64,000 bases of DNA from the human T2T-CHM13v2.0 reference genome, Homo sapiens, in NCBI RefSeq assembly GCF_009914755.1, contig NC_060926.1. One strand, given 5' to 3'. Position numbers and translations under genes: made by a program. Shown in pieces: positions 1 to 15,569 of this stretch (position 1 is the stretch's first letter; the number at the start of each line of letters is the position of its first letter). The notes beneath the pieces are model-generated. The model searched no databases, was not told the origin of the DNA, and saw only the letters and a list, made by a program, of their open reading frames with translations.

Positions 1-103
1 GCTGAGATGGGAGGATTGTTTGAGCCCAGGAGTTCAAGGTTGCAGTGAGCAATGACCACACCACTGCATTCCAATGTAGGTGAGATCTTGTCTCAAAACA
101 AAA
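1..103 (+). mobile_element. AluJ right-arm fragment, cut by the window edge
   Basis: GAGCCCAGGAGTTCAAGGTTGCAGTGAGC...GTCTCAAAA. Confidence 0.85.
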
Positions 104-2319
104 TCCCATTTAAAATAATCCTACTCTGAGGGCCTCATCCAGAATTTAGAAGATCTGCCTCTCACTTTCATATAACATAACTTTAGAACAGTTATAAGAA
201 ATTAGGCTAGTCATCCACATTTAACTACCAGGAACATATCTGTTTAGGGAGAAAAGAAACATTTCTTTTATAAGTATAGAACTGTGATGGTAAATTTTAA
301 AAATGCTCCTGAGTTTAATTTCAGAGAAGTACTTCTCGGCATCATTTTGTAGTTCTGGGTACTAGTTTACACTTCACTGCTTCTCCTTTGAAAGTTTCTG
401 TGCCCTCACATCTTATAGACTAGTACACTAGTGCACTAACTGAAGGCCACTTTTGGCACTTAATTAGCACACACCAAAAACACAAGGGGCAAACTGGGTA
501 TATAAACTGAGAAACAAAGACTTTACAACAGGTTTTGAACTTAATTTCATTTTTCCTTTGCTTTTATTAAATTTTTATCTTTCAGGTTCCACCTGAAATG
601 CCAGTAATGATCATCCATCTATATACCTTGCAAATATTGGTCTTGGTTTTATGGCAAAAAAGATAAATGTTTCAGTTATTAAATGAATTGTATAGAGCCA
701 GCTAGGCTAAATAAGCTTTTCATGGAAAATACGGAGATCCTAACTGTGGACTCATCATTCGGATAAATGAATATTGGAATAAGTCTTCAAAATAAAGTTC
801 TGGAAGTCACATCACCTAACTGATTAGCAAGGAGTCAATAGAGGATACAATGATTTGGAAAAGTAAATACTCTCGCAAAGATGGCACAGGCAGATTCAGT
901 CCTTTTCAGCCACTAACAATTTAAAACAATTCTATTGAAGCAGCAAGTGAACTCCTCTACTTCTGCAAACTTTTCTCCATCTCTTCTTCCACCTGCTTTT
1001 GTCATGGTTTTTTTCTGCTCCTCCCTGAAGTCACAATTCATAAAAGCAGAACTACAGCTCCAGTGAAGGCCCCTTTGCAAAGCTTTCCATGTTGTTACGT
1101 TGAACTGCTTTGCAACGACTGCTTCTTACCTTCTGAGGGAGGTTTCACTTGTCTGTTAAAGATATACCTTTTTCTCTTTTAAAAATCTGACAATATGTAA
1201 ATCTAAACCTGAAACACAATCTTCATGGCAATATTTAAAGAAAATGCTTTTAAAACCATTTCCTTTTTTTCTAGCACTTGGGGTCAGTCCCTTCGAACTA
1301 TTACTGGAGAAGATGGCTTCTGTTAGGCATCAGCTTCCTTCCTATTCCATTTTCCACTGAATCTTCAAAAGCCTTGTGCAGTCTATCAAAATGCAAAGAA
1401 CCTTCTTGGTGACTCTGACAACTCCAGGGTTCCCTCCTGTAGGGACACTACTCCACTAAGACTGGTGGTCACTTCTCAGAAACATCTCCCATCCCCAGCT
1501 CCCTACACAACACACATTGCCTCTACGCATCGACTATGTATTTATTCCTGTCTATAAGCCATCCATCATTCTTGAGAAGTTCCCACTCTTCTCAAGGCAC
1601 TGAGCACACTTCTAGCTTCCACAGAAAATTTCAATGAATGTTAGAAATTGCACAGACCTTTCTTGCCCCCAGGAACCAGCCTGGTGACAGGAAAAGTCCT
1701 GGACTAGGAGTTTGAAGATCTTGTACACATTAATTACTTAACCATGATAAATCTATGACTTTTTAGTTTCTTAATTGACTGGTCACGGATTTAGGATCAG
1801 CACCAGTTCTCGTCAAAAGAGCACAGGGTTGTTGAGTTAGGTGATTTCAGGGCTAGCTCGTCAGCCACAGCGAGCAGGGAGGCCGAATCAGACCCTCTGC
1901 ACTGGGCCTGCTTCGACACCTGGCAAAAAAAGGAACTTGGACTCAAAGATTTCAAGAGCCCCTCCCTAGAGCTAAGAGTCTATGAAACAGTGATTACACT
2001 GTCAATATCCTCATGGAGGAGTTTTAGGGCTAAAATGAGATAAAATGCTTTGGAAGCTGCTCAGCTTGTCTGGAAGAATATAAAACCAAGTTCATGTCCA
2101 CATATTTCTAAATGAAAGGACTAGAAATACAAATAATGATAATGTGCTCTCTTCAATATGTTCTTTGAATTATTTTTTTAAGTCCAGAAGATGGACTTGA
2201 GCAGTTCTATCCATATTCTTCTAGATTTGTTACCCCTTAGGGTTCAAGTCACCCAGCTGTGAGACTGGGAATACCCCTACCCCCTAAGTTTGTATAGCAG
2301 CAGGCAATTTACAAGGGGC

Positions 2320-2624
2320 TTTTTTTTTTTTTTTTTTTTTGAGACGTAGTCTTGCTCTTTGTTGCCCAGGCTGGAGTGCAATGGCACAATCTCGACTCAC
2401 TGCAACCTCCGGCATCCTGGGTTCAAGTGATTCTCCTGCCTCAGCCTCCCAAGTAGCTGGGATTACAGGCATGCACCACCACACCTGGTTAATTTTGTAT
2501 TTTTAGTAGAGACGGGGTTGCTCCATGTTGGTCAGGCTGGTCTCGAACTCCCATCTTCAGGTGATCTGCCCATCTCGGCCTCCCAAAGTGCTGGGATTAC
2601 AGGCGTGAGCCACCGCGCCCGGCC
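2320..2624 (-). mobile_element. AluS (Sp-like)
   Basis: Full dimer with poly-T; TSD ACAAGG(G/T)GCTTT at 2311 and 2625. Confidence 0.95.
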
Positions 2625-3604
2625 ACAAGGTGCTTTCATATGGATCCACTTGTTTGCTCTTCATAATACCTTCCCTGTGCCATAGGCAGGGCAGGTACTA
2701 CTACCCACATTTCATAGAGGACTAAACAGAGGATCTGAGAAGGACCTACCAATGGAACTCTTTATCAAGCTGACTCCAGGGTCAAAGAAAGTCTGGATCT
2801 AACATTCACTGAAGCATTCTGTGGAAGCCAGGAGTGCTGAGCGTCTTGAGAAGAGCATACACTCCTCAGAAACAGCAGATGGTGCAGAGCCAGGAAATAC
2901 AGAGTCAACGTGCAGAGACTAACAGGAGGGTAGTGCTGGGCTAGGAACTGGATGCTGCTTAGCTCCATCTCTCTACATGGGTCATGGAATAACAATTCTG
3001 TTTCTTATACAAAAAACTCCAATCCTGCCTATGCTTAGCCTTGTTAGCACCATATTTTATCCCACAGAATTAATAATCCACAACCACCACAACAAAAAAG
3101 AAATAAAACTCATCATATCCTCTAGCCCCTCACTCATTTCCAGTAAGGTTCATAACACAGTCATTCTTGTTTACCACCCTGTCTCTAGCCTCTACAGCAC
3201 TGCCTGACACAGTAGGCATTCAATAGGGATCACTCAATAAGTGGACCAATGAGGAATGCTGAAGCACTTACACCAGCTTCAAAAACTCAAGAGGTTAATC
3301 TTTCCTGCTAAAATTTCTCTCATGAAGTATGTACTGTTAAGAGTTAATTTTAACAGGATCATTACACGGGGAACAACCTTGCAGATAAACACCAAATTAT
3401 TGCCAGAATCTCACCATTCTGTACTTTTTAATGAAGATTCTTCTCTGCCTACTTACTTTAAGAATGAAAAGTATCAGTCAAATAACATTTTAAAACACAG
3501 CAGCATTTGATTTTTAGGTTAAATAAAAAAGCCACATAGGGGTTGAAGAAAACCAAAATATATGCTTAGGCCATCAACCTGAAGATAAATTAAAAAAAAA
3601 AAAA

Positions 3605-3804
<200 letters not shown>

Positions 3805-4553
3805 TTATCTATCCAAATTTTCCAATGGCTACCTGAATGGTTCAAATGAGCATTTAACACTGTCACCTTCACACCCTTTTGTTCATGGAATACAAAAATA
3901 TGACAGTAGTTAAGAATTTTATCTGTTAATTCTGAGGAAAAAATGGCAAAGTGATGACAGGAAAAATATTTTTTTTCCAAAGTATTACTCTAATGCTAAA
4001 TGTTTTTATGTTTTAAAATCAAGCAAATTTATATGATTGGCTAGACTAAATTCTATCTTTTGGTTTACATATTCTTATATTTATTGTAGAAACTATCTAG
4101 GATTGAGTACCTTTAAGCCTTATAAGTAAAGAGGACTTTTAAGCATGGTGAATTTTGTAATGTAAATAATATATTTAAACCATTTTTTGAAGTCTCAGCT
4201 ATAAAAATTCTACTTAAGAGAAGTTAAAAAAAAAAATCAAGACTTTAATGTGAATAGGTGCCCAGGAAGTGCCTCCAAGTTTAGGCTATGAGGCATCATT
4301 AGAAAATAAACGTGAACAGAAGATACAGTTTAAGTGTAAAACACAATATACAACTAAAAATGAATCAGCCCTTTGCCACATGAATTTGTATTAGTTTTCT
4401 AGGGGAGAGGTAACACTTGCCAAGACTGTGTAGGCTTTACCTTTTAGTCGCTAATGTAGAATTGTCTTTTAAAGACCTGTTGCCAGAATAAACAAGACGT
4501 TTTCAAAATTATCCAACCTGTCTAATAATACTAGTCTTTTGCTTTAAACTGGA

Positions 4554-4589
<36 letters not shown>
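4554..4589. repeat. (TA)n(CA)n microsatellite
   Basis: Read directly. Confidence 0.95.
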
Positions 4590-4590
<1 letters not shown>

Positions 4591-4602
4591 ATTTAAAATT
4601 TA

Positions 4603-4979
<377 letters not shown>

Positions 4980-6267
4980 TCAGAAATGCAGAGTAAAGTC
5001 AAGTAGGAAGAAAATAAAGCAAGCAGCTCAGACACCAACACCACATTAGGTACACTTGTATAAGTAGTCAATTGTTTTTTCAAAAATATACTTTAAATAT
5101 TGAACAAAAGATTTAATCTTGCTAAGTAATATTTGTTTCAAAGCGGTTTTCTTGGAGAAGTCTTGTTTAGGTTATAGGAAACTCCTCACATGGGCAGAGA
5201 AGCTAGCTTTAAGGAGAAAATAATAGTGTGAATGATCTATCTGCAACTTCCCTTTTAAAAACAGAAGTTGAATCTGTAACACCAAATTTAGAAAGGAGAG
5301 TGGATGGCAGCAAATACCCTAAGAATATCATCTGTAGCACAGACGCCCACTGCTGTTCTGTTCTGTTACAATTAAATGTACACTTTACAATCCTGAACTT
5401 GCTCAGACAATGCATATATTTAAAGATGATTCATTTAAAAGAAAACATACATCTGAAAGAGTCACAACAAGTCAAAAATCTCACTTAAAAAGTGCCAGAT
5501 TCCCTCACTATGAGTGCAGAGCTATTCATTTGGCCTCTTTACACAGAGTGCAGCACAATCCAGTACTGGGCTACGGAAAAATCATTTTTGTGGGACTAAT
5601 GTTGATAATTTCAACATAATTTCTGTTTAGCTTCCTTTAAGAAACTAAAGCCCAAATTACAAAAAGGTAGAAAAAATTTTTAATTAATCAGATACTGATT
5701 TTCAATCCATTCTGATTTGTTGCCCCTTTAAAACTGTGAGACATCATGCTTTTAGTTTTAATAACAATTAACAGCAATGAGAATAAAGATTCCAGAATTA
5801 CGATTTTCTCATTACAGCCAAAAATGAAAAGTGAGAAGACAAACACCTTTCCAAAAGTTCATCAGATGAAAAGATAAAAATTAATGGGGAGCCATACCAT
5901 TTAATGGACAAGAATACTTAATACTATATACATGCAGATTCTCCCCCAAACTTATCAACAAATTACATGAAATTTAAATCCCATATTTTCCTTCAATGGA
6001 ACTTGGCAAATGAATCCTAAAATTCATCTGAAATAGAAAAGGGCCAAACACAGTTGTAATAAGCTTAAGGAACAAGATGGGGGACATGTCCTATCAGAGC
6101 TTATTATAAAGCTCTAGTAATTAGAGCAGAGTAGAGTTGACATAGGTACAGATAAATAGATCAATGGAACAGAATTGAGAGTTCAGAACCACATATATAT
6201 GGAAGTGTAATATATGACTGAAGTGAAATTACAGATCAGTAAGGAAAGAATTCAATAAGTAGCTCAG

Positions 6268-6870
<603 letters not shown>

Positions 6871-7029
6871 TAGCTCAGGGCCACCTGATTACCTGTATGA
6901 AAAATAAATTAGGTGCCTAATATTTACAAAAAAATATATTTCAGGTAGACTAAATAGGTAAAACAAAATTTTAAACTTTTGGGAGAGAATATATGAAAAT
7001 ATGTTTATGGCTTTAGGATAAGGAAAATG

Positions 7030-7503
7030 TGCTGACTGTAGTTCATCTGAGATTCATTCTCCACTTGCCTCTGCTTGGCTCCATGCCTTGAAATGTTGAC
7101 ATCTAGGGACCACCTCACCCAAGTTCCTTTGCTCACTAGCTTCCAACTGGATTCAGACAAAGAAGGTACCAGAAGGAGACCAATGGGTCAGAAGGTGGAG
7201 AAGCTGGGGTACTTCTTCCCTGCTCCTTCCTGCTTTGGGCCCTCACCTGCGAGTACACATCCCTCCACAACTACAGCTTCTGCCAGGTGGCCCCTTCTCC
7301 AGGATGCCAACTCCCACCAGGTTCTAGCAACACCATTTCTTCCCCTTTCCCCTTTAGGCTTAAGGATAGTAACAGCTTCCTACAGTTATTTGTCTTCTGT
7401 GCCTCAACTTTTGTCACATCTCTGTAAAATGTCCCTTCACTAGTGTCTCTTTAGTTGAATCATCTCAGTAGAATTCTGTTTCCTGCAGGGATTCTGACTA
7501 TTG
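7030..7503 (+). mobile_element. ERVL solo LTR, LTR33-like
   Basis: GC-richer block within the L1, ending TCTGTTTCCTGCAGGGATTCTGACTA as in LTR33-family ends. Confidence 0.6.
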
Positions 7504-7817
7504 AAGAAACAAAACACTCAATGAACAAACCATAAAGAAAAATATCAATAGCTTTGATTACACTAAAATTAAACATCTCTTACATAAAATACACTACAAA
7601 CAAGTTAAAGGCAAGCTAAAGATTGTCAAATGATATACGTGATTCATAGAAATAGAATCAACAAAAGATTAGTATTCAGAATTAACAAAGAACTCCTCTG
7701 AATCAATCTTTTAAAAGACAGATAAATCCAATAGAAAAATGGGTGAGGAAACTAAAATGTCCAATGAACACAGGAATAGGCACTCAACTTCATCAGTAAA
7801 AAGAAAAATGCAAATCA

Positions 7818-7940
7818 GGTTGTGTCAGTGGACATGCCGCTAATCCCAGCACTTTGGGAGGCTGAGGTGGTAGGACACTTGAGGCCAGGAGTTCAAGACC
7901 AGCCTGGGCAACATAGCTAGACCCTCATTTCTACAAAAAA
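7818..7940 (+). mobile_element. FLAM-C (Alu left monomer)
   Basis: Single left arm; TSD AAAAGAAAAATGCAAAT on both sides. Confidence 0.88.
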
Positions 7941-8108
7941 AGAAAAATGCAAATTATAAAGAGATATTTCACAGCTATCAAACTGATAAAAATCAAAGTT
8001 TTATATGTATACCAATATCAAATACTGATGAGAAAGCAGATAAAAAGGAACTCTCATAAAACTTGTGGATATATAATTTGGTATGACCACTTTGGAGATA
8101 ATTAGGCA

Positions 8109-8408
8109 TTTTCTTTGTTTGTTTGTTGTTTCTGTGACAGTCTTGCTCTGTTGCCCAGGCTGGAGTGCAATGGTGCCAACACAGCTCACTGCGCCTTGTC
8201 CTCCCGGGCTCAAGCGATCCTCTGAGACTCCCAAATAGCTGGGACCACAGGTGCACATCATCATGCCCAGCTAATTTTTATGGGTTTTTGTAGAGATGGG
8301 GTCTCACTATGTTGCCTAGGCTGATCTCGAACTCCTAGGCTCAAGTAATCCTCCTGCCTCAGCCTCCCAAAGTGCTGGGATTATAAGCCTGAGCCACCAT
8401 GCCCAGCC
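8109..8408 (-). mobile_element. AluJ
   Basis: Dimer with J-type GGGCTCAAG; TSD TAATTAGGCA. Confidence 0.92.
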
Positions 8409-8551
8409 TAATTAGGCACTGTCTAGTAAAGTTGGAGATGCACACACCCTGCCACATACAGTCTTTCTCATATAGAAAAATAAGCTCTACAGAAAAGGAT
8501 TCAAGTGACTGTTTCCTCAGTTCTCCCAAGGATGGTATAAAGTTAAAATCT

Positions 8552-8751
8552 GTGATGTGCTAGCAAATGTTTAACAACCAGCTAGGGGGATAGGGAAGGA
8601 AGCTTTTATTTGTAGCATTTGCTGATTTCTGTGGTATAAATACCCATACCATGGCTGATTTCAAGCCTCCCAACTGAACTCAAGAATTAGGAAGAGATTA
8701 GCACATTCATTCTTAGGAGTGGCTATCAATCTCCAGCTCCAGCTCAACACT
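8552..8751. mobile_element. MER63A-like hAT-Blackjack MITE
   Basis: GTGTGCTAGCAAATGTTTAACAACC-like start, ATTTGTAGCATTTGCTGATTTC core, CCAGCTCAACACT end. Confidence 0.75.
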
Positions 8752-8995
8752 TGAATGATTCCAGACTTACAGAAGTTAATTCATTACCCTACAAAGATAC
8801 CTTAAGAGATTGGGGCTTAATTCCCTCAAGGAATTCTGGATGAGAAGGGCTAAGTCTAGAATCTAGAGAGACTCTTGCTTTTATCCCCATGGAGACATAG
8901 GAGAAGAATCTTTTTGGCAGTATTGCTTGTAATAGCAAAATATTGTAAGTAACCTGAAAGTTCAAGATGATACCCTTGAAAACTACAGTGGTTAA

Positions 8996-9569
<574 letters not shown>

Positions 9570-11559
9570 AAAAAGAACTAAAGGTACCATGTATTGTGTG
9601 TTGATCTCAAAATATAAAGCTTTATCTCAAAAACAAATATTGACTAAAATAAAGCAAGTTATAAAATATATACAACACCATTTATATAACATATTTTTAA
9701 ACATGCAAAACACTGTATATATAGTTTACATATATATATGTATGCAATTATAGAAAATAGATTTAAAAATTCAAGAAAGTAGTTACCTCTGGTAACAGGA
9801 GGAGGTTAATAGAATCAGGGAGAGACACACAGGAGATGTCTTTTTAAAAAGTATCAAAGTCTCAAAAGCAAATAAATGTATTCTAATTATTTCATTGTTT
9901 CAGAATATAGTAAGTTAAAGAAATACATTTTCTCTTCTTTCTTCCTTATGGTTCCCATGAAGTAGAACCGTGTAAGATTTTTTTTCCTACAACTTCTAGC
10001 ACCTGTTAATACTGGACAATATTTGTATTGCAAGCATTCATTTATTCCCTATTATTTCAGTAATAAACAATTTATTCTTCTCATTCGTTCTATTATCCTT
10101 CTCGCTCTCAATATTACACTGTAAAATCCAATGATAATGCTAAATCAACCTAACGTTCTTCAATAGGAAGTCCAGCTCATCGCTCAAGTATAAGAGAGTA
10201 AGTGGTTTAATGCCTGTTTTGGGTGTTATTTCTTACCTGCCAGGCGAACTTCTATCATGCTAACAAGGATAAATCTTCCTCACAAAATATGGAAGGCTTC
10301 TTGTTACTTCCTTAAAATGACAAAGAACTCAGCACTAAAAAGTGAAATCTTGGTTTGTTTTTTTTTTTAAAGTAAAAAATAGAAACACAGTTTCCCCATA
10401 AAATATCTTTCACTAGGTGTTCAGGTGACCACCAAGTGCTACACCAAACGCACTGCAGCTCCTTCTTATGTCTCTTCTTATTGGGGATCTTGACATTTGG
10501 GAACATGATGTTTCAGTGCATGTGTAGTGTGACTTTTTTTTCAAAGAGATTGTCTTGAAATAAGCCTATGTTTTAAGTACACACTTTTCTGCAAGCTAGC
10601 AGGCATTCTGAAGCTAGGTGGTTCTAAATAAAGAACTCTAGTCAACAACAGGAAATAACTCCCACAGAAAAAAGGGGCAGAATACAAACTCTCACCAACT
10701 CTTGTACACAGCTCACAACGGCCTTTTGTTCCATGCACATTAAGCCTGAAATCTTTACTTTTCAGAGCATGTTGGGGCCTTCGCAGAGCAATTAAACATT
10801 TCTTTTCCTTTTGCTGGTGTCCTTGCCTTCTTTCCTCTGAGGAAGTTAATCTTACAACTAACTGCTTACTATGAGATAGCAAATCAGAAAACAGAACAGT
10901 TTGTATTTTAACAACTTTCTCTTAATGGAACTTCTCAAGATAAAAACAAGTTTTGGTGTAAAAACTCACTTTTCCACCTAATACACATGACACCATGGAG
11001 AGACACACATACATGTACTAAAGGAGTAGGTTCACGTGCAGTATATGTTTCTATCAACAAGGATACATCACATTAACCCATATATCTAGACTGATGGGTT
11101 ATCAGCACTTTACCAGTGGTCAGCAAATCAATGCAACTAGAAGACAAATTTATATCCTCTTCAAAGGTTCCCATCTTGAGTCTTTAGAAAAAGAGGAAGG
11201 ACAATCTAGATCCCAAGCCAACCAAACAGAAAGACATTAGATGGTAGTCTTTAAAGTCAAAGTGACACCTATTAGAACAGACTGGTGGCATTCAACTATA
11301 ACACAGCACAGGTGCTCCTGACAAGGGAATGAGACTGAGCAAAAAAGCTTCAATATGACTGAAGATTGGTATTTCTTCCCTCTCTTGTACATTCAGCCTT
11401 GCCCTTCCTACTGGCTCCTTGTTGCAATCAATAAATTACAGATTCACTGTATTCTATCTTCACTTTTAAAATAGGAATCAATCCTCCCCATGTTTAATGC
11501 TGCAGGAATGCTGCTAGTAGCTACTTCTGTCTATCTACAGCTTTATTTTTCTTCCTGCT

Positions 11560-12720
11560 TCCTCTGCCTACTGCAGGACAACTCTACTGACCATCCCACA
11601 AACGGGCAACAGTGACCCCTAAATGGCATGGCCAATGGACACTTCTCAGCTCCTCATACTACTTAGCCTTTCTGTAGCATCTGACATTACTGACCACCTC
11701 GAAAGGTTTCCTTCAAGTTGAACTGTAGTCTCCTGGTTCTTGTCTCCTTGGCCACTTGTAGTTTCCTTTGTTGGCTCCTCTTCCTCTGCCCTCCCTATAA
11801 ACCTGTAGTTTTAAACTTAAAAAACAACAACAACAACTTCCGGCTGCAGAGAGGGCCAGAGAGGGGTAAAGTACTGTGGTGGGGGCGGGATGGAGATGGC
11901 TATGGTTCATGGCCGGGTTGGGAGCAGACATGGGAATGGTTGATTAGGATATTAGAATCCTCAGAAAAATTTAGGAATGTTAAGTGTTTCGAAAAACAAT
12001 TTCCCAGTTAATAATCCCAGTTACCTAATTAACTATGTAAATATTAGTATTCCCTATGGTTTTGTCTTGCCCCTTTTCTCTTCCTATCCTAGAAACTCTC
12101 CCTAGGCAATCTCACCCATTCTCAGAGCACCTACATGCTAATGACTCACAAATCATTAACTTCATTCCAGACCTTTCTCTCTGAGCTCCAGATGTGACCT
12201 GTTTATATAGGAAGACTATGCAACCCAGTTTATAAGGGTCATTCCTGGTTTATGCTTGTTATCCTGGCATAATTATTAATAGCACCCTGTGTCAATTTCG
12301 AAAAGGTCCTAGTTTGAATGATAAAAGCATATAATTAACCTATTCATGTCCCGTTGCCTATCAGACATCTCCACTGGGTATCGTAAAGGCATCTCCAACT
12401 CACAGCACATCTAAAGTTGTCCTAATCATATTCTCCTTAAATTGCCCCCTACTTCCCAAATGCCTAAATACGGTTAAGGCACAACATCCACCTGGAGTCT
12501 CCGTTGGAAATCTCAGATTCAAAGTATCTTCCATCTCTCTTACCCTCACATTCATCCAGATACAAAGCCCTGTCAATCTTCTCTCTTATTTTCCATGTAT
12601 GTCCCATTTCTCCCACCGCTGCCCTAGTCAATACTCTAGTTATCTTTCACTTTGATTATGGCAACAATCTGTCTCCCAATTTCCAGTCCCGAATATTCTC
12701 CTCTAATCCATCCACATGAC
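11560..12720 (+). mobile_element. L2 fragments, interrupted by an orphan insert and a MER94
   Basis: Pyrimidine-rich L2 motifs: ATGGACACTTCTCAG, GCATCTGACATTACTGACCAC, CCAGACCTTTCTCTCTGAGCTCCAGA. Confidence 0.7.
12208..12342. mobile_element. MER94-like MITE
   Basis: CCTGGTTTATGCTTGTTATCCTGGCATAATTATTAATAGCACCC core. Confidence 0.7.
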
Positions 12721-13209
12721 TTACTGTATGACAGGTAGCATGGTAGGTCCTAGAAATACAAAATGAACAAGAGATGCTCCCACCCAGTTCAGGTGGAAGA
12801 TTAACTCATCATTGTGATGCAATGGGTTATGTGGTGGGTGTAAGAGACATGCACAGGATGACAATGGACATGCAGGAGTGGCCACAGAGCCTGGCCAGTG
12901 TGGAATGAGGCCAGGAAGTGGATTTTAGGGTAAACAGGAATTAGTCAAGGTCATTAGTCAAGGTCATTAAAGGCAGATGGAACAGGATGAACAAAGATAG
13001 GGAGGTGAGAAATAGCATGTGATGTGGGTACAGATCTGAAGTGTAAATTTCAGGCAGGGAGTAGCAATACGTAACACTAGAGAGTTTGGCTGGGGCACGT
13101 CTAGGAAGGTCTTGGAGGCAACACTGAGTGTGGCCTTTATGTTCTGAAGTCATTAAGAGATCTTCCATGGGAGAATGGCATGACGTGGTTTTCACTTTAG
13201 GAAGTTAAC

Positions 13210-14165
13210 TCCCCATTGATTCTTGAACTTTACTGAATGATTCTAACATTTACTTAGACAAACCAACAAATGAGGAAAAAATGAAATAAAAATTAAAAAA
13301 GGATATTAAAATATATTTAAAAACAATAATTAAGAGTTGGATTCTGGCAAAAGAAAAATATAAATGAATCTGAATTGAAACACTTGAAACAGACTTTAGT
13401 AAAAAGATTTAGTATACACTAAAGACACATTCTTATAAGTGAGGTAAGGGAGGCATGTGCAATGAATGGTTTATTATTTAGGGAGGAAAAACTAACATTA
13501 GGTCCTTGCCTCATACAATATGATAAAACACCAGAGATTAAAGAATAACATTAAAAAACATAAGAGAACTAAAAGAAATTACAGATGAATAATTTATCTT
13601 AGAGGTAGATAAGACCTTTTCAAACATAAAGCAAAAGAGCCATGAAGATAAAACTGACTACATTAACAAAAACTATATAACAAAAAGCACCATAAGCAAA
13701 AATTTTTTTTAAATGACAAACTAGGAAAAATAACTGCAACACAGGTAACAAAGACTTAGTAACTTTATAACCTAAAGAGGTCTTATGAATCAATTAGAAA
13801 ACCATCAATACTAAATTAGAAAACACTAAAACAAAATTTTATAAATGAGCAAAGGACCCAAACTAATCATTATCAAGGGAAGCAATGCATGAAAAAGCAA
13901 TACAAATTTAAAAGAACTGTAATTTTTACATAGTAAGCTAGCTAAAGTTGTTTTAAAGCTGTTAACAATGTGAGGGTGCAGTGGACAGGTTGTCTCACAG
14001 TTACTGATGTGAGTATAAATTGATTTAACCTTGGGAAAGAGAGGGTTTTGGAGATGTGTATCAAGAACCTTTTAAAATTTCTATATCCTGTAATGTGGTC
14101 ATTTCATTTCTAGAAATTTGCCCCATAGACCTAATCGGAACCATGCATAAAGAATGTGTTCATTC
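13210..14165 (+). mobile_element. Old L1ME fragment
   Basis: A-rich decayed L1 3' ORF2 motifs; approximate. Confidence 0.6.
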
Positions 14166-14169
14166 AACA

Positions 14170-14337
14170 TTTATTTATTTATTTATTTATTTGAGACAGG
14201 GTCTTATTCTAACTCTCAGGCTGGAGTGCAGTGGCATGATCAAGCTCACTGAAGCCTCAACCTCCTGGGCTCAAGCGATCTGCTTGCTTCGGCCTCCCAA
14301 AGTGCCAGGATTACAGGTGTGAGCCATCACGTCCAAC
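14170..14337 (-). mobile_element. AluJ with internal inter-arm deletion
   Basis: Right-arm end joined to left-arm start at CTCCTGGGCTCAAGCGATC. Confidence 0.85.
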
Positions 14338-14374
14338 CCAACAAAAATTTATTGAATGCTTACTATGTCCTAGT

Positions 14375-14703
<329 letters not shown>

Positions 14704-14947
14704 TAGGAGCTGGAATATGGCTGCAAACAAAACACAAAATCCCTGTTTTCCCGGATCTTACATTCAGGATGGTGGGAGAAAGTGGAATAAATTCGTAAAT
14801 TATATGGTATATTAGAGATTAAGTGCTATGGGAAAAATAAAGTAGGAAAAAAGGATGGGTAATGTGTGCTTGAGTGTGTATGTGTGGGGCAGGGCTGCAA
14901 TTGTAAAGAGGTGGTTGAATATACCTTGATAAGAAAATGACATTTGA

Positions 14948-15219
14948 GGCCGGGTACAGTGACTCATGCCTGTAATCCCAGCACTTTGGGAAGCTAAGGC
15001 AGGTGGATCACGAGGTCAGGAGATTGAGACCATCCTAGCTAACACAGTGAAACCCCGTCTCTACTAAAAATACAAAAAATTAGCCGGGTGTGGGGGCACA
15101 TGCCTGTAATCCCAGCTACTCGGGAGGCTGAGGCACGAGAATCACTGGAACTCGGGAGGCGGAGGTTGCAGCACTCCAGCCTGGGCAACAGAGTAAGAAT
15201 CCATCTCAAAAAAAAAAAA
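14948..15219 (+). mobile_element. AluSc-like with short right-arm deletion
   Basis: GGATCACGAGGTCAGGAGATTGAGACCATCCT; lacks the GTGAGCCGAGATC segment. Confidence 0.9.
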
Positions 15220-15295
15220 GGAAATTAATCATCCCATGGAGTTGTAAAGATTAAATAAATTAAGTGCTTTCTTTTTTCCAAAATGACAGGAGCCA

Positions 15296-15430
15296 TTTTA
15301 TTATTTTAATTTTTTATAGAGACAGGCGTCTCGCTATGTTGCCCAGACTGGTCTCAAACTCCTGGTTTTAAGCAATCTTCCTGCCTTGGGACTCCCAAAG
15401 TGCTGGGATTACAGGAGTGAGCCACCAGCC
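15296..15430 (-). mobile_element. FLAM-C
   Basis: Single left arm, reverse orientation. Confidence 0.85.
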
Positions 15431-15569
15431 TGAGATAATTTTAAAAGGTACAAGGACCTGACACTAAACAGCCATGTTGGAGGAGGGAGACAACAGCCAG
15501 ATGAAAGGTAAGTGATGTTGGAGGGGTGCACGTGTTTCCCAGGAGGAGAAGGGAGACAGAATAATGTTT

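Noticed and set aside
1130-1152. 23-nt minus-strand unit TTTAACAG|...AAG|GTAAGA
   Set aside because: The upstream sequence is purine-rich, so the acceptor is weak.
12950-12969. Short tandem duplications (here ATTAGTCAAGGTC twice; similar near 19721 and 43252)
   Set aside because: Ordinary slippage events.
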